This document shows positions 1 to 15,246 of a DNA stretch of 64,000 nucleotides, one piece after another. The position numbers were made by a program, and so were the translations under genes. This stretch comes from Eledone cirrhosa. Taxonomy: Eukaryota. The notes under the pieces were generated by a model. That model saw only the letters and a list, made by a program, of their open reading frames with translations, did not search any database and was not told the origin of the DNA. The stretch is taken from positions 238,142,001 to 238,206,000 of the forward strand of contig OZ024742.1 in the NCBI GenBank assembly GCA_964016885.1. Direction: 5' to 3'. The stretch's first letter is position 1. Each line of letters begins with the position of its first letter.

Positions 1-438
1 TTAACCATTTTGTATTTCTCGCCACTTCACTCACACACACTCACACCCCCTCTCTCTCTCTCTCTCACACACACAATCTCCCTTCTATCTCACATACACA
101 CTCAACCACCCTCCCTCTCTCTCTCTCAGATAATCTCCAACAAATATGCTTAATCCATTTAATGCATGATATTTCAAATTTTAGAGCTTTCTGGCGATGC
201 CGTTTTATAAAAGATTTCGAATAGGTCGATAATTATCAGTGAAGTTAATTCACAGAATATCGATCGCTTCCCGTCAATTCTAATGTCTCAAATTCGTCAC
301 TACGTCGTCACTAAGCTGCCGTTGTTATGTGAAAGAAAATCGATAATATTTCTGAATTTTTATACTTTTATTTTTGTATGGGTATTATGTACCATTGTTC
401 AGTGTCTATTGTGCCTCTATACCTTATATATATGTGCG

Positions 439-512
<74 letters not shown>

Positions 513-946
513 TGTGTAATAGGTATGTAAGTGGCTATGTGTTCTGTACTATACCTGTAATTCATTGTATTCCTAGTTCTAAGCCAGATACACTAATGTA
601 GGTAGAAATACTTAGTAGCAACATTTTGTTTTGTTGTTTTAAACATTTATTCACCTGGTGATTGATTGCCCATGTGTGTATATATATGTGTGTGTGTTTG
701 TATATGACTATTAAATGTCATGTGGAAATGTATATGTGTGTGTGTATACATATGTGTGTATACATATGTGTGTATGTATATATATAAATACATGTATGTA
801 TATATATGTATATTGTTGGTGTATATATTAAGAAAAAAAAGTTTCAAAAAATACAAGCATTATTTTTTTTTTTGGGGGGGGGCTTGTGCCTATATAAGAA
901 ACCATTATTATTATTATTACTATTATTATTATTATTATTATTGTTA

Positions 947-1133
947 TGGTGGTGGATTGGCAGTATCGGTAGAGGGTAGGATGCCATGCTTTACAGCAAA
1001 GAGTTACGGCCCTTTATGACCTGAGTTCAAATCCCGCCGAGATTAATTTTGCCTTTCATCCTTACGAGGTCGATAAAATAAAGTACCAGTAATACACTGG
1101 GATAATTGCTGGCCTTGAATCTAAATCAGAAAG

Positions 1134-1135
<2 letters not shown>
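947..1135 (+). mobile_element. tRNA-derived SINE (main family, ~190 bp), followed by (ATT)n and a duplicated tail at 1167-1225
   Basis: A-box-like TGGCAGTATCGG, B-box-like GAGTTCAAATCC, core GCCTTTCATCCTTACG.GGTCGATAAAATAAAGTACCAG (resembles the MetaSINE core), tail GGCCTTGTGCCAAAAGTAGAAACAATTA; recurs many times in the window. Confidence 0.85.
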
Positions 1136-1167
<32 letters not shown>

Positions 1168-1254
1168 AAGTACCAGTAATGCACTGAGGTAATTGCTGGC
1201 TTTGTGCCAAAAATAGAAACAATTATTATTATTATTATTAATAAAAATTATAAT

Positions 1255-1527
1255 AAATCAGGTAGAGCCACTACTTCTCCAATTTGGGAGATCAGAACTC
1301 CGATATTATGGGCATGTGGTTAGAATGTCTCGGGCAAAACCAACCGGCAAGAGACCCAGAGGTAGACCCCGAGCAAGACCGTTGGGTAACATCCATTAGG
1401 TTGGCTGGTCACACTTGGGGTTCCAGCTGGATCAGTTGGAGACGGTTGCTTCTGACACGACCAGCTGTAGGGAATGTTTGAGTACTCTTCCCCCACCACC
1501 CTCTCGGGAATAGGTGGACGAAGAAGT
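1255..1527 (+). mobile_element. RTE-clade LINE 3' fragment
   Basis: Homologous to 53930-54220 (GAGATCA..CTCCGAT, GGTAGACCC.GAGCAAGA, CCCTCTC..GAATA.GTGGACG.AGAAG), ending in a short (GAA) tail. Confidence 0.65.
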
Positions 1528-1689
1528 TCTACAAACGTTATGAAGAGTGATGTAATACTCTCTCTCCCTCTCTATTTTTGGTTTTCTTTCTCACTTTTTA
1601 CTAAATTTGCAACTGTTAACATACAATATAGACATATATGTGTTTGCATATATGCATATATATATATATATGTTTATATAAACACTTCC

Positions 1690-2796
<1,107 letters not shown>

Positions 2797-2798
<2 letters not shown>

Positions 2799-3060
2799 GA
2801 TAACAAGTTGTCGTTTTAGGTAATCCAGTTAGAGGTTGTGAGTGCTCTGTACTATGGATAGTTTTAACGTACTGCGTTGTTTGACTCAACAAGAGGTTTC
2901 CTTAGTTAGGTAGCGAGTTTGCGAGAATTCTCATGCAGGTTATTCTTGGAGTAATAATAGTGAAAGAGTGAAGAATAACATGGTCGGCTGTACAAAAGGG
3001 TTTTTAATAAATAAATAAAACCCTTTTGTACAGCCGACCATGTTATTCTTCACTCTTTCA

Positions 3061-3063
<3 letters not shown>
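2797..3063. mobile_element. TA-flanked fold-back element (family D)
   Basis: Inverted arms ~2957-3004 and ~3017-3064 (TAGTGAAAGAGTGAAGAATAACATGGTCGGCTGTACAAAAGGG and its reverse complement). Confidence 0.7.
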
Positions 3064-3094
<31 letters not shown>

Positions 3095-3345
3095 TTACAT
3101 GGTGGAGGCGCGTTGGTTCGATCCCTTGACTTGGTTGCGTGTTTTGTTCCTAACAAAAATACTTAATTTCCTGTTGCTCCAGTATACTCAGCTAAAACTG
3201 AATACTAGCAATATCTGGGTGTTTATCCCTGTGATAGCCTGGCGTCCTGTCCAGGAAAGCGTCTTGCACTCTCACTCTCGCTTCACGCCACGGAAAACTG
3301 GATAAGCACCGGCCTGATGAGCGTCCGGGCTTCAGACAGACTTTA
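3095..3345 (+). mobile_element. Old tRNA-derived SINE with V-domain-like core
   Basis: GGTTCGATCCC B-box-like; CCTGGCGTCCTGTCCAGG..CTCGCTTCACGCCACGGAAAACTGGATAAGCACCGGCCTGATGAGC. Confidence 0.5.
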
Positions 3346-3354
3346 GTATATTTA

Positions 3355-3820
<466 letters not shown>

Positions 3821-3902
3821 AGTTGATAAATTGAAAAAAACTAAACACGGGAAGCAAAATTGCACAGTTATATTAGGTTTACGTTTGGAGGAAGTGGAGG
3901 AG

Positions 3903-3940
3903 GTTTCAACGTTTCAGACACAAGTCTTTCTTCTGGAAAG
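3903..3940 (-). ncRNA. Degenerate minimal type I HHR
   Basis: Minus strand TTTC-CAGAAGA-AAGACTTGTGTCT-GAAA-CG-TT-GAAA; core U4 is mutated; similar motif at 34733-34770. Confidence 0.5.
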
Positions 3941-4262
3941 TTCGGATAAGAAGAGAACAGATAAGCACAAGCTGCAGTGACTCTTACCGATCGAGTGCCG
4001 GCCGGGCCACTCGTCTCCATGTTTTACATTGTTATCCTTGAGATCCAAAATAAGGTTGGCCAATCGTGTGTGTGTGAGAGCTTCAGCAGAAAGCATTAAG
4101 TGAAAAACAGAAATTAACTTAAAATCGGAGATAATTGTGAACTGTGACCATCTAAAAATACGTATCTTTTCCGCCTCGTCTTTGAAGCAAAAACCAAGGA
4201 CAGACACTTTGTGCAACAATTAACAAAGACCATCAAATTATCACAACTATTATTATGATTAT

Positions 4263-4452
4263 TGCGGTGGATTGGCAGTATCGTTAGAGGGTCGGACGCC
4301 ATGCTTTCTAGCATAGAGTTACGGTCCTTGCTATTCTGAGTTCAAATCCCGCCGAGGTTAACTTTGCCTTTCATCCTTACGGGGGTCGATAAAATAAAGT
4401 ACCAGTAATACACTGGATAATTGCTGGCCTTGGGCCAAAAGTAGAAACGATT
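4263..4452 (+). mobile_element. tRNA-derived SINE (main family)
   Basis: Full-length match to the family consensus. Confidence 0.9.
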
Positions 4453-4665
4453 ATTTTGATTATTTCCATTATTTTTGCCTTCTAATATTACCATTATTAC
4501 AGTTAACTCTACAACTATTACTATCATCGTCAACATAGGTAGGTGTATGTCTTTATAGGTAGGTGTATGTCCTTATAAGTATGCATATATATTTATACGT
4601 GTATATACGTGTGTGTGTGTGTATGTGTGTGTGTCTATGTAAGTATATGTATGTGTATGTATATG

Positions 4666-4740
<75 letters not shown>

Positions 4741-4795
4741 CGGTGTACGGGTGTATGTATATGTATGTGTATGTATATGTATGTGTATGTATATG

Positions 4796-4838
<43 letters not shown>

Positions 4839-4981
4839 TATATATATGTGTGTGTGTGCGTGTACGGGTGTATGTATATATGTGCACGTGTATATGTTTG
4901 TATATATATGTATATATATATATATATATATAGGTGGGTTTGTGTCTATATATGTGTACATATGGTTACATATGTACATAC

Positions 4982-5026
<45 letters not shown>

Positions 5027-5560
5027 TGGGTTTGTGTCTATATATGTGTACATATGGTTACATATGTACATACGTATATATGTAGGTATGTGTACCTGCG
5101 TCCCTATCTAGGCTGTATATGTGTGTGTATATATATATATATATATATAAATACATATAGCATTCCCTGGATGATAACGCCTATGTGTGTGGCTATAAGT
5201 ACATTATCATACGTATATATCTGGGCGATTCTGGATCACACAGTATGAATGTGCGTGGATGTGAGAACCATAGTTATGTGCCTTGCCTACAAATATTAAC
5301 ACTATTATGATTATTATAATTACTGTTAGTACTTCGATTAGTACTTTATTACTTTACTTCACTCCATCACGATATCTCATCACTTTATTTTTTCCGAGCA
5401 TTTTTTCTCCCCTCGTATATATATTCTCCCACTCTATACGTTTATCCTTCATAGTGTCATTCCTTCTAGTGTATTACATATACCTATATTCCTATATACC
5501 ACATGTATCACCGTATAACTTCGCCACATTATATTTTTACATCACGTGGATTGGTGGATT

Positions 5561-5662
5561 GGCGGTGGATTGGCAGTATCGGTAGAGGGTCGGACGCCAT
5601 GCTTGGACGTATAGAGTTACGGCCCTTGCCATTCTGAGTTCAAATTCCGCCGAGGTTAACTT
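5561..5662 (+). mobile_element. SINE (main family), 3'-truncated
   Basis: Head through GAGGTTAACTT only. Confidence 0.8.
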
Positions 5663-6241
5663 ATATCATTTCTATCATTTATAGTTTTCTTGTTAGTTTG
5701 TTTCATCCACACATATTCTCACTTTCATCTTAACTGTCTATTGCCTCAATGACACTGAAATACAGAACATTCTTTGTACTACTCATTTGCCCCTTGTCAC
5801 CCTCTCAATTCCTCTGCTTCGGTATCGCATCTCACCATTCCTGAAAATTTAGCCCCCACTACATAACACCACCACATAAGGGCCAATCTGTCCACTATTT
5901 AAACGGCCGACTTTACCACAGGATGCACCCTACCATCATTCATTCATTTTCTCAATCCCTTTCTTCTTTCTACATCTTTCCTTCTCCTCTCGCTCCTCTT
6001 CTCATATTTTTTCTTCCCAAAACAACCAACCAAAACAAAGAAAAACTGACCACCCCGAACTAATGAGAAATTGTATATTTTTTAACGCTATACGGGAAAA
6101 TTTCCGTCATTAATCAAACAGAAGTCTGATCAGCTTTTGATTCCGATCGATAGGGATCGAACGTTGAGCTATTCAATCACGCAACGCGCATTAAACCTGA
6201 ATAAACTTAATGGAAAGTTGACAACTCGTCCATACTTATTA

Positions 6242-6305
<64 letters not shown>

Positions 6306-6309
<4 letters not shown>

Positions 6310-6692
6310 AATAAATGGAAAGTATATTTATAAAACCATATTTATTTAATTATATATATTTCAAGAGCAACCAAAGCAAATGATGGTGCGCTTTCATCAG
6401 ATAAAATACAGATTTGTTTTATAAATAAATATTGACATACCCGGAAAAAAGTATTTTTTCCGGGTATGTCAATATTTATTTATAAAACAAATCTGTATTT
6501 TATCTGATGAAAGCGCACCATAATTTGCTTTGGTTGCCCTTGAAATATATATAATAAAATAAATATGGTTTTATAAATATAGTTTCCATTTATTAATATA
6601 TTGTATATTTACTCCACTTTATTGTTGAGTGCTTTATATCAGTTATAAAAATGTTTAAGCTTGTTGAATCCCAACAAATTAAATATAACCTC

Positions 6693-6696
<4 letters not shown>
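6306..6696. mobile_element. Family B fold-back element with HHR in (TA)n
   Basis: Arms ~6306-6449 and ~6454-6597 inverted about GGAAAAAAAGTATTTTTTCC; extra 3' tail to 6696. Confidence 0.85.
6496..6561 (+). ncRNA. Type I HHR (family B); mirrored copy on the minus strand at ~6341-6408
   Basis: TATTTTAT-CTGATGA-AAGCGCACCA..TGGTTGCCCTT-GAAA-TATATA-TA-ATAAAATA. Confidence 0.8.
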
Positions 6697-6735
<39 letters not shown>

Positions 6736-6840
6736 TTTTATTCTTTTATCTGTTCCAGCCATCCGGCTGAGGCCATGCTGGGGCACCGCCCTTGTATATA
6801 TATATATGTGTGTGTGTGCGAGCGTATATGTATATGTTTA

Positions 6841-6917
<77 letters not shown>

Positions 6918-6920
<3 letters not shown>

Positions 6921-7012
6921 AACGAGTAGGACCCCGACGGCTGAGCTCAAGCCGTTTCGGCGGCTAATTCTGGACTAAATGGTCCACCTGGTTCCTTACC
7001 ACATTTCCTTCG

Positions 7013-7015
<3 letters not shown>
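6918..7015. mobile_element. Family A element: inverted short arm joined to the 3' tip
   Basis: Antisense arm 6918-6980, then sense GGTCCACCTGGTTCCTTACCACATTTCCTTCGTTA. Confidence 0.85.
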
Positions 7016-7082
<67 letters not shown>

Positions 7083-8147
7083 CTGAACAGGTTGATATTT
7101 CCTCTTTGTTATAACATAATATAATATGATATAGCCACCCACCACTTCTTTCTATATTTTGCAATCATCTTTAGTTAAACTACTAGAAAGAGCGAACTTA
7201 ACTAAATAGCAGCAGTTGTATAGCATCACCAGTAGCAGCTGTAAGAACAGCAACAGCAGCAGCATCTGAAGCAGAAGTAATAGTTCTAGCAAAGCTAAGG
7301 TATTAATCTAATCAACTGCTCTTTTGGTTAACAATACTGTTTTATGTAGTAGGAGAGATAGCGACAGATTTTCTCTCAGTAAACTACTCAATGGGCTTGC
7401 CTTATAACTTGAAACTTATCTGCGCTTCTACAAACTTTGAAAAAGAAGAAAAATATAGTTTTTATATACATATCTATGAAAGTTTTTCTTCATATGTATA
7501 ATATAAAAGGAGGTAATGATGTGTCTCCTGTGATAATTTATCGAAAATGTACAGAAATCGTGACATTAAGATGGATAAAACATCTGGACTATTTCCTGGC
7601 GGATGAATAAAATGCAGAAGTTAAAATTTACCTGACGAGGAAAGAACTACGACAAAATGAGACCACCAAAAACCTTTTTTTAAATAGATAATGCATATAT
7701 TTTTTATAAAATATATTGAAGATATATTATTTCCATCCAAATATTTTCCAATTTTTAAATTTACCTCTTTTTTTGTTTTGTTTTCTAATTGTTCGATTTT
7801 ATATAAATTTGTATAATACTTTTGCAGTCCAAATATATAGTAAACATTTATCTATCTATCCAATTATCCATCTATTCTCTATTTGTCTTCCTATCTCTCT
7901 GTGTATAGATATATAATCTCTCTGTATATATATATATATCAAAGTAAATGAGATATCGTTTAAGGTTATCCGCTTATCCGTATTAATCATCCTTTTACCT
8001 GTTATATATATATATATATATATTTGCGAGCACACACCTACATAAACGTATGCACGAAAACATATATATACACACATACATAGATACATATATACATACT
8101 TAAATACATAAACACACACACGCACATACACATACGCACACACACAT

Positions 8148-8234
<87 letters not shown>

Positions 8235-8886
8235 TACATATATATATATATATGATATAAGTAAGTATTACATATCATCTGTATATAAAACACATAAACA
8301 CATGTGAGAATATTTAGTGATTTATGCTGAGAAATTCCACCACATCCACTGGGAAAATCTTAATCAAGATAATAAGGATTGCGTGCATGTCATAGAAGCA
8401 AAGTTTACCATGGAATTACGGGGGAGGAAGGAAGACAAGAAAAAAGTTAACGAGAGGGGGAATGAAAATTAAAAAGCGGAAAAAGAAATAAAAAATTCAA
8501 TCATTGAAAAGTAATATATTACTGCAAGTGGAATTCGTTTTGATAAAAAAAAAGACCATTTTATACACACATATACATATATATACATGTGTATATATTA
8601 AACAATAGGTTGAATTAATACAAGGATTATACTAAAAATGAAGGTCAGAGATAAACGCTGGGAATATCTGTTGTGTCAGCACCAATAAAAAGGTAAGACG
8701 CTATGCAAATATTTTAGTTTATATTTACATCTTAACGTTTCTTATTCGATTGTCGATATTTTTCTTAAATAACTATAAACATTGATTTCGTGAGAAATGC
8801 GATGCGGGGTAATATATCATTTGGAGTGAGGTTTATAAGGTTTAACATTATATATAAATACACACACGCACACACGCACACACACG

Positions 8887-8965
<79 letters not shown>

Positions 8966-10690
8966 TTGTCCTTGCGCCAGACGAGATAGGCCATTTTTAG
9001 AACCGCTACTCTAGTATACAGTGGTAGCCGTGACTGAACCCCTAAATCTAAAGTCGTGCTTACATGTTAAGTGTATGAACTTTATTATAAATTAAATGTG
9101 TTCTCTTGTAATAGATTGAGCATTTTTCCTTTGCCATTTATCAACGTATATCTGTGTATTTGTGTGCATATGTAACAAAAAGTCAAATGTAATTATAAAT
9201 CATTAAACAAAACAAAAAATAGAGTACGATGATTAGATATTTGATATGTATATCTATGTGTATATATATGTTTATATATATATATATGAATGTGCAGGTG
9301 CCTGTGTGGGCGTGAATGTTAAGTGTCTGACTGACTGCGTGCGTGCATTTCTTTTGTTTTCATCAAAGCATATATAATGTTTGATGCCTACGTATCATAT
9401 ACCTAAAATGAACTTCCCACCCCCGCTTCTCTTTTGTTTGTACATACATATATTTATATAAATGTTGCGATCTAAATTTCTATTCAACTATTTTTCTGCA
9501 TGATTAAGATCTGTTTTTAATGCTCTGCAATTATTGTCCCTTTCGTATTTTATTAGCCTAATTTTGATCCCCGAAGTCATTTCAATTTATGGCCTCTAAA
9601 TTTTGAACTATTGTTATTTCATTGAAAATAAAGAAATTTGGTAGCTAACCACTGGTAGTTAAGCACTCACCAATGTCTCTCCCTTACCTCATTACGTCTT
9701 TTTCCCATGGTCACATATTGACAAATTAAATGTTTTCCGATATTTTTCCCAGTTCTCTGCGCTCTGAACTCAAATTCGGCCGAAGTCACCCAACTTTGCC
9801 TTTTATCCTTCAAAGATCGTCATTAAACTACCAATTTACTACTGAGCTCCAGTATTCTTCAATATCGGTTATCACACTCTCTCCCACCCCCCACCCCCTC
9901 TCTCTCTCTCTCTCTCTCTTTCGCTCTATAGATATATTTCGATAGTAGGGTCGTGAGTTCGATATTTCCAACGGCGCGTTGTTTCTTTATTTCAAGTGGC
10001 TCCAATTCACTCAGCAGACAAAACTGAGCCCTTCCTGTGATTGAAAGTGTCAGCTTTGTCAGACGCTAAATCCCCTTGATAACCATGGAATACTCAATCG
10101 GTAATTTATCAAGAAGGTTGATCAAATAGTTGAAACACTCGTAGTCGAAACTGACGAATGTCCAACAAATACACAATTTATGTTCTTCAAGCGTTAAGAA
10201 CAATGTCGTCATTAAATTCTCTAAACGAAGATGTCATATTTACATAGACGTAATACTTCTTTATCATATATATTTCCTCAAGCTAATAGCTGATTAGATC
10301 TAATGATATTCTTATCTAAGAGACATTTTCAGGATTTATGTTTAGGAACTTTATGCTATGACCCTGCCTTTGATATTTTCTGGGTCTGTAGAGCATTTTT
10401 TGTAATGGCTATTTTTAAACATTTTATGAGTATTTTAAGTAGTTTAACCATCACTTATCATGTAAATGCAGGTAATATTGGACACAAAATATAAGCTTAC
10501 TGAACAAAATTAGATTTAGAGCTACAAAAGCAACGATTAACTGCACATTAGAATGTATTCAGTCTCGATTCTTTGAGATATTTTGAAACTACCAAGGATA
10601 CGTTGAAACTTTTCTCAATATTCAAGCAAATCTCTTTAGCCTCCACACTTTCATTCTTGCTCTTGTCATGTTGTTTTTCTTGATATTATT

Positions 10691-10884
10691 GGCGGCGGTG
10701 GATTGGCACTATCGGTAGAGGGTCAGATGCTATGCTTTGCAACACAGAGTTACGGCCATTTACGGTCCGAGTTCAAATCCCACCGAGGTTAACTTTGTCT
10801 TTCATCCTTACGGGGTCGATAAAATAAATTACCAATAATGCACTGGGATAATTGCTAGTATTGTGCCAAAAGTAAAAACAATTA
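10691..10884 (+). mobile_element. SINE (main family)
   Basis: Full-length match. Confidence 0.88.
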
Positions 10885-11351
10885 TTGTCACCTCTATATA
10901 AAAATTGTGTAGCATTATCATCATGACCATTAAGGCCAAGTAGGCAACTGTCAAGGATGCAAACTTCAAAGAGCCCCATTACTGAACCTTAAATAGTTCT
11001 ATATATATTTTTATACAAATTATATAATTAAATCAAATATATAAATTCCTGTAATCTATAAATAAATCACTAAATATCATCGCCATGTAGCAAAGCGATA
11101 GAGAGGATCATATGAAGTTATTGTTTGTCACATGATTTGGTTTGGGTGAATAAACACTGAATAGTTGAAAATACAAATTTAGTAATTTTCATAGCAACAA
11201 ATGTCAAAAACTAGGTTTATTAAGTTACCAAACATTAAGTTAAAATTATCATTTTGGGCTTATAATTAAGAGATTTGGAGGACATAAGACTTTGGAGGAC
11301 TCAACGAGGGCGCAAAATACACAGACTCTGGCACTTAGTATCAAGTAAAAT

Positions 11352-11536
11352 TAATTGTTTCTACTTTTGGCACAAGGCCAGCAATTTACTAGTGCATTAT
11401 GGTACTTTATTTTATCGACCCCTTAAGGATCAAAGGCAAAGTTAACCTCTGCGAGATTTGAACTCAGAACGTAAAGGGTCGTACTCTGTACTGCAAAGCA
11501 TGGCGTCCGACCCTCCACCGATACTGCCAATCCAAT
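11352..11536 (-). mobile_element. SINE (main family)
   Basis: Reverse-complement match. Confidence 0.88.
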
Positions 11537-11731
11537 GAAAGATAAAGATGCAAGACAACGATGATACCGATAAGTGCTGCCTATGGATTCTGTTCCCTTC
11601 TCATTGAAAATCGAATGAAATGTTGCCATTCTGATAAAACGATTACTTTTACATCAAATGATTGCTATTGAGTCAGAGAAATATGTTAATGTCTGTTTTA
11701 CGAAGAACTGAATCAAAAGTATCTCTCTCTC

Positions 11732-11882
<151 letters not shown>

Positions 11883-11892
11883 GTGTGTGTGT

Positions 11893-12545
11893 GGTTTGAG
11901 TTCAGCAGATTGTTGCTCTTAAGAAAGGGAGCAATTCGTGATCTGACCACCCTCTCAAATACCTTGATGATATAAGAGGTGGGTGAGATTGGACGGTAAT
12001 TCATTGCAAAAGACTTGCGTCCGTTTTTGAAAACTGGGACAACAGATTGGGATAGTAAGATAGTAAGGTATATATCCAGCATCTTGTGAATTCCTCCACA
12101 GATTATCAAGAGGAGATGCAAGTTGGTATTGACAAACCTTCAGGACACTAGCAGGGAACCTATCGGGGCCTACTACTGAGTTGTATTTAATTTCGTTTAT
12201 TGGCCCTAAGACATCAAGTTGCGCCAGACGTTATGTCCGATATTGTGTGTTGGAGATTAACATCACTGATACAGCCAAGATCAGTCATGTCAGGATTGCT
12301 GAAAACAGAGCAGTATTATTTCTGCAGTATCTCACCCATGGTTTTAGTAATGTCTTGGAGGGTGCCATTTTCATCAATCAGGGTGCCAACAGTGGAGACA
12401 GTGACTTTGTGTTTTTTCACAAATGAAAAAAAAGCTTTGGGAATGAGTTTGATTTTCTCGATGGCCTATTTCTGTTCAGCTGTTCTTTGGTTATTGATGA
12501 TGGTCTTCATGCATTGTTGGAGGTAATATTTTGTTTATTCGAACA
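11893..12545 (-). pseudogene. LINE reverse transcriptase fragment (CR1/L2-like)
   Basis: QSVVPVFKNGRKSFAMNYRPISPTSYIIKVFERVVRSRIAPFLKSNNLL, the YRPISL-type RT motif; frameshifted upstream. Confidence 0.85.
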
Positions 12546-13075
12546 GTGCGTTAGCAGTCGAGTGTGTGTTGTTGTTGTTGACAGTATTTTAATTTGTTGA
12601 TATTTTAGTTCTTTTTATTTTTTCTGTTTATAGTTTTTCAGTTTTGGGGGATTTTGCATTTAGCTTTGTTCACAGAAATTAGAAGGTAGCATGTTAGAAT
12701 TTAACAACATTCTATTTATTGCGTAATCACTGTTATATGCATTTCGATGTTATATGTTATATAATGCTCAGCTATGACCATTTCAGACAGGTTTTAGTTG
12801 TATGAACATTACTGATTTAAGATCTCTCCAATAAGATATACCAACTGGAGGTTTAGGCATTGTTTCCTCACCGCTCAGCTGACATATATAAGTGGACAGT
12901 TGAAGTGTTCAGTCGTTATGTTTAGCCTCTCTTAAAGTCAGCAGCATGCTATACAGCCTAACTATCCATATCTCTCTTCTGTAACCCTAGAAAATATATA
13001 TTTTTTGTAACCCCGTGTTTACCTACAAACTTGTAAGTACGCATTTTAACGGCAAACTTTCAATTTCTGCACATT

Positions 13076-13257
13076 TGGATTGGTACTATCGGTAGAGGGT
13101 CGGACGCCATGCTTTCCTGCATAGTTACGTCCCTTTACGGCCTGAGTTCAAATCCCGCCGAGGTTAACTTTGCCTTTCATCCTTACGGGTCGATAAAATA
13201 AAGTACCAGTAATGTACTGGGTAATTGATGGCCTTGTGCCAAAAGTGGAAACAATTA
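13076..13257 (+). mobile_element. SINE (main family)
   Basis: Near full-length match. Confidence 0.88.
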
Positions 13258-13949
13258 TTATTATAAATACTTGCTTTTTAATATTCTCAAATAACCAAAT
13301 AATGAAAAACCTCACACACATAATACAGCGTATACAAACGAAAAAACAAAACAAAAGAAAAATACGACTAACAAGCAACAACTTACAACAAACGATTCGT
13401 GTTTGAATGATATTGCCGATAAAACAGCCCAAATATTCAACACGTGGTCTGTGAAGCAGATACTAAGCAAACTTAAAAACTCCTGAATTTCAGCACAATA
13501 ACGGATTTATTCATTGACTGAATCTCACCACCACTTTCACCGAATGCGTTCAGTGACCAACCTAAGCAACCACCACAATTATCATCACCAGCAGCAGCAC
13601 CACCAAAAGTGGAAACTACAACCCTATCCAACAGTGCAACCACACCTCCAGTCAAAAACTGCTCGCTAAATAAGAAAGCTCTTTTATAACTTTGATGAAC
13701 CTGGCAAAAGAAATGCAAAAATCTTCTAGATATCACGCAACACCATCCTATGCTATTACCACAGTGCACCAACTCCTCCATTGCTGTCACTAACAGGCAA
13801 ACACAAAACAAGCTCCCTGAAACAGTCAACACCAGTCACTACTCTAACCTCCACATTTCTACTCAATTTATAATGTGTCAACCCTTCCATCAATACACAA
13901 AAATGGAAAGTCCAATTTATCGAGGATTGGGTTGGTAACTATTCATATC

Positions 13950-14917
13950 ACATCCCTTTCTTCATCTTTACTGAGACCCATCTCAAAAACTCACACTTGG
14001 AAGCCGAAGTGAAGGTGAGTAATTTCACAACAGTCGGCGCGGATCGTGTCGGCAGAAGGATGGGTGGAACTGTCATTTTCCTGCATGGTTCCTTTATGCA
14101 AATGGAATATCACATTCTCCGTGGTTACTGTGAATCAATCACGGTGGATAACAAAGCCAATGACTTGATATTTATTGGGCTCTTTAAAGAATTCCTCAAC
14201 AGCATTAAGTGCCATTCTGGTAACATACTTATTATGGGAGTCTTTAATCTACTCTGTGTTGATTAAAGACTCCCATCAGTTTGAAACCAAGCACTTCCTC
14301 AACAACCGCTAACAAAACAGTAGTACAGTCAATTCTAGACTTTATGGATCAGTTTTTCTTTGTCCCAACTTGTTTTTGCACCAACACGATATCAGAAAAA
14401 CGTTTTGGACTGAGTGTTTATTAACCACACTAAAATTATATATATCACAGTGGGAAAAACCATTCTGTCCATAACATGTTTCTCTGTAATCTGAGATTCC
14501 ACAAGCCGAAAGCTAAGCCAATGACCTCTCTCCAGCCCATCCATTTCATAACATGGATCTTTATAATGTCAACTGAAGTGCAATCACTAACGAGCAATCA
14601 CATCTCCACCAACATCAAAACATCTTGGCAGATATTTGCAGACACTGTCAAAAACATATGTGCAAAACACACTCCACCAAGATCTGTGAATAAAACAAAG
14701 TGCAGAATCCCAAAAATTCAAAACGTCTTTAGAGTAATTTCTCTAAGAAATCCCGAATAAACCTCCTACACCCGGATATGTCTCCATAAACAATAAATCT
14801 CTACTTGAGTCGGCCACGATGTCCAAATCCTAATTTGAGGGACTTCGCCAGCTGGTACTTTTAAGTTAGACATGGCCTGGGCCAATACCTGTCGAAACTT
14901 ATCAAAGTTATCAAAGC
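13950..14917 (+). pseudogene. LINE apurinic endonuclease / ORF2 fragment (CR1/L2-like)
   Basis: IFTETHL..ADRVGRRMGGTVIF..NILIMGVFNL, the APE motifs TETWL / DR..GGG / GDFN in decayed form. Confidence 0.75.
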
Positions 14918-14987
<70 letters not shown>

Positions 14988-14990
<3 letters not shown>

Positions 14991-15194
14991 AACCAGTAAG
15001 ACCCCGACAGCTGAGCTCAAGCCGTTTCGACGGCTAATTCTGGAGTCCAGAATTCTGAGTCCAGAATTAGCCGTCGAAACGGCTTGAGCTCAGCTGTCGA
15101 GGTCTTACTGGTTCCTATTACCCACTCTACTACCTCAAGTATTGAGTACTTTGGTGCGTTATGGTCCACCTGGTTCCTTACCACATTTCCTTCG

Positions 15195-15196
<2 letters not shown>
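14988..15196. mobile_element. Family A fold-back element
   Basis: Short antisense arm plus long sense arm, junction TCTGGAGTCCAGAATTCTGAGTCCAGA; TA-flanked. Confidence 0.85.

Positions 15197-15239
<43 letters not shown>

Positions 15240-15246
<7 letters not shown>

Noticed and set aside
3313-3340. CTGATGAG motif as a hammerhead
   Set aside because: No downstream GAAA or closing stems; it is part of a SINE 3' region.
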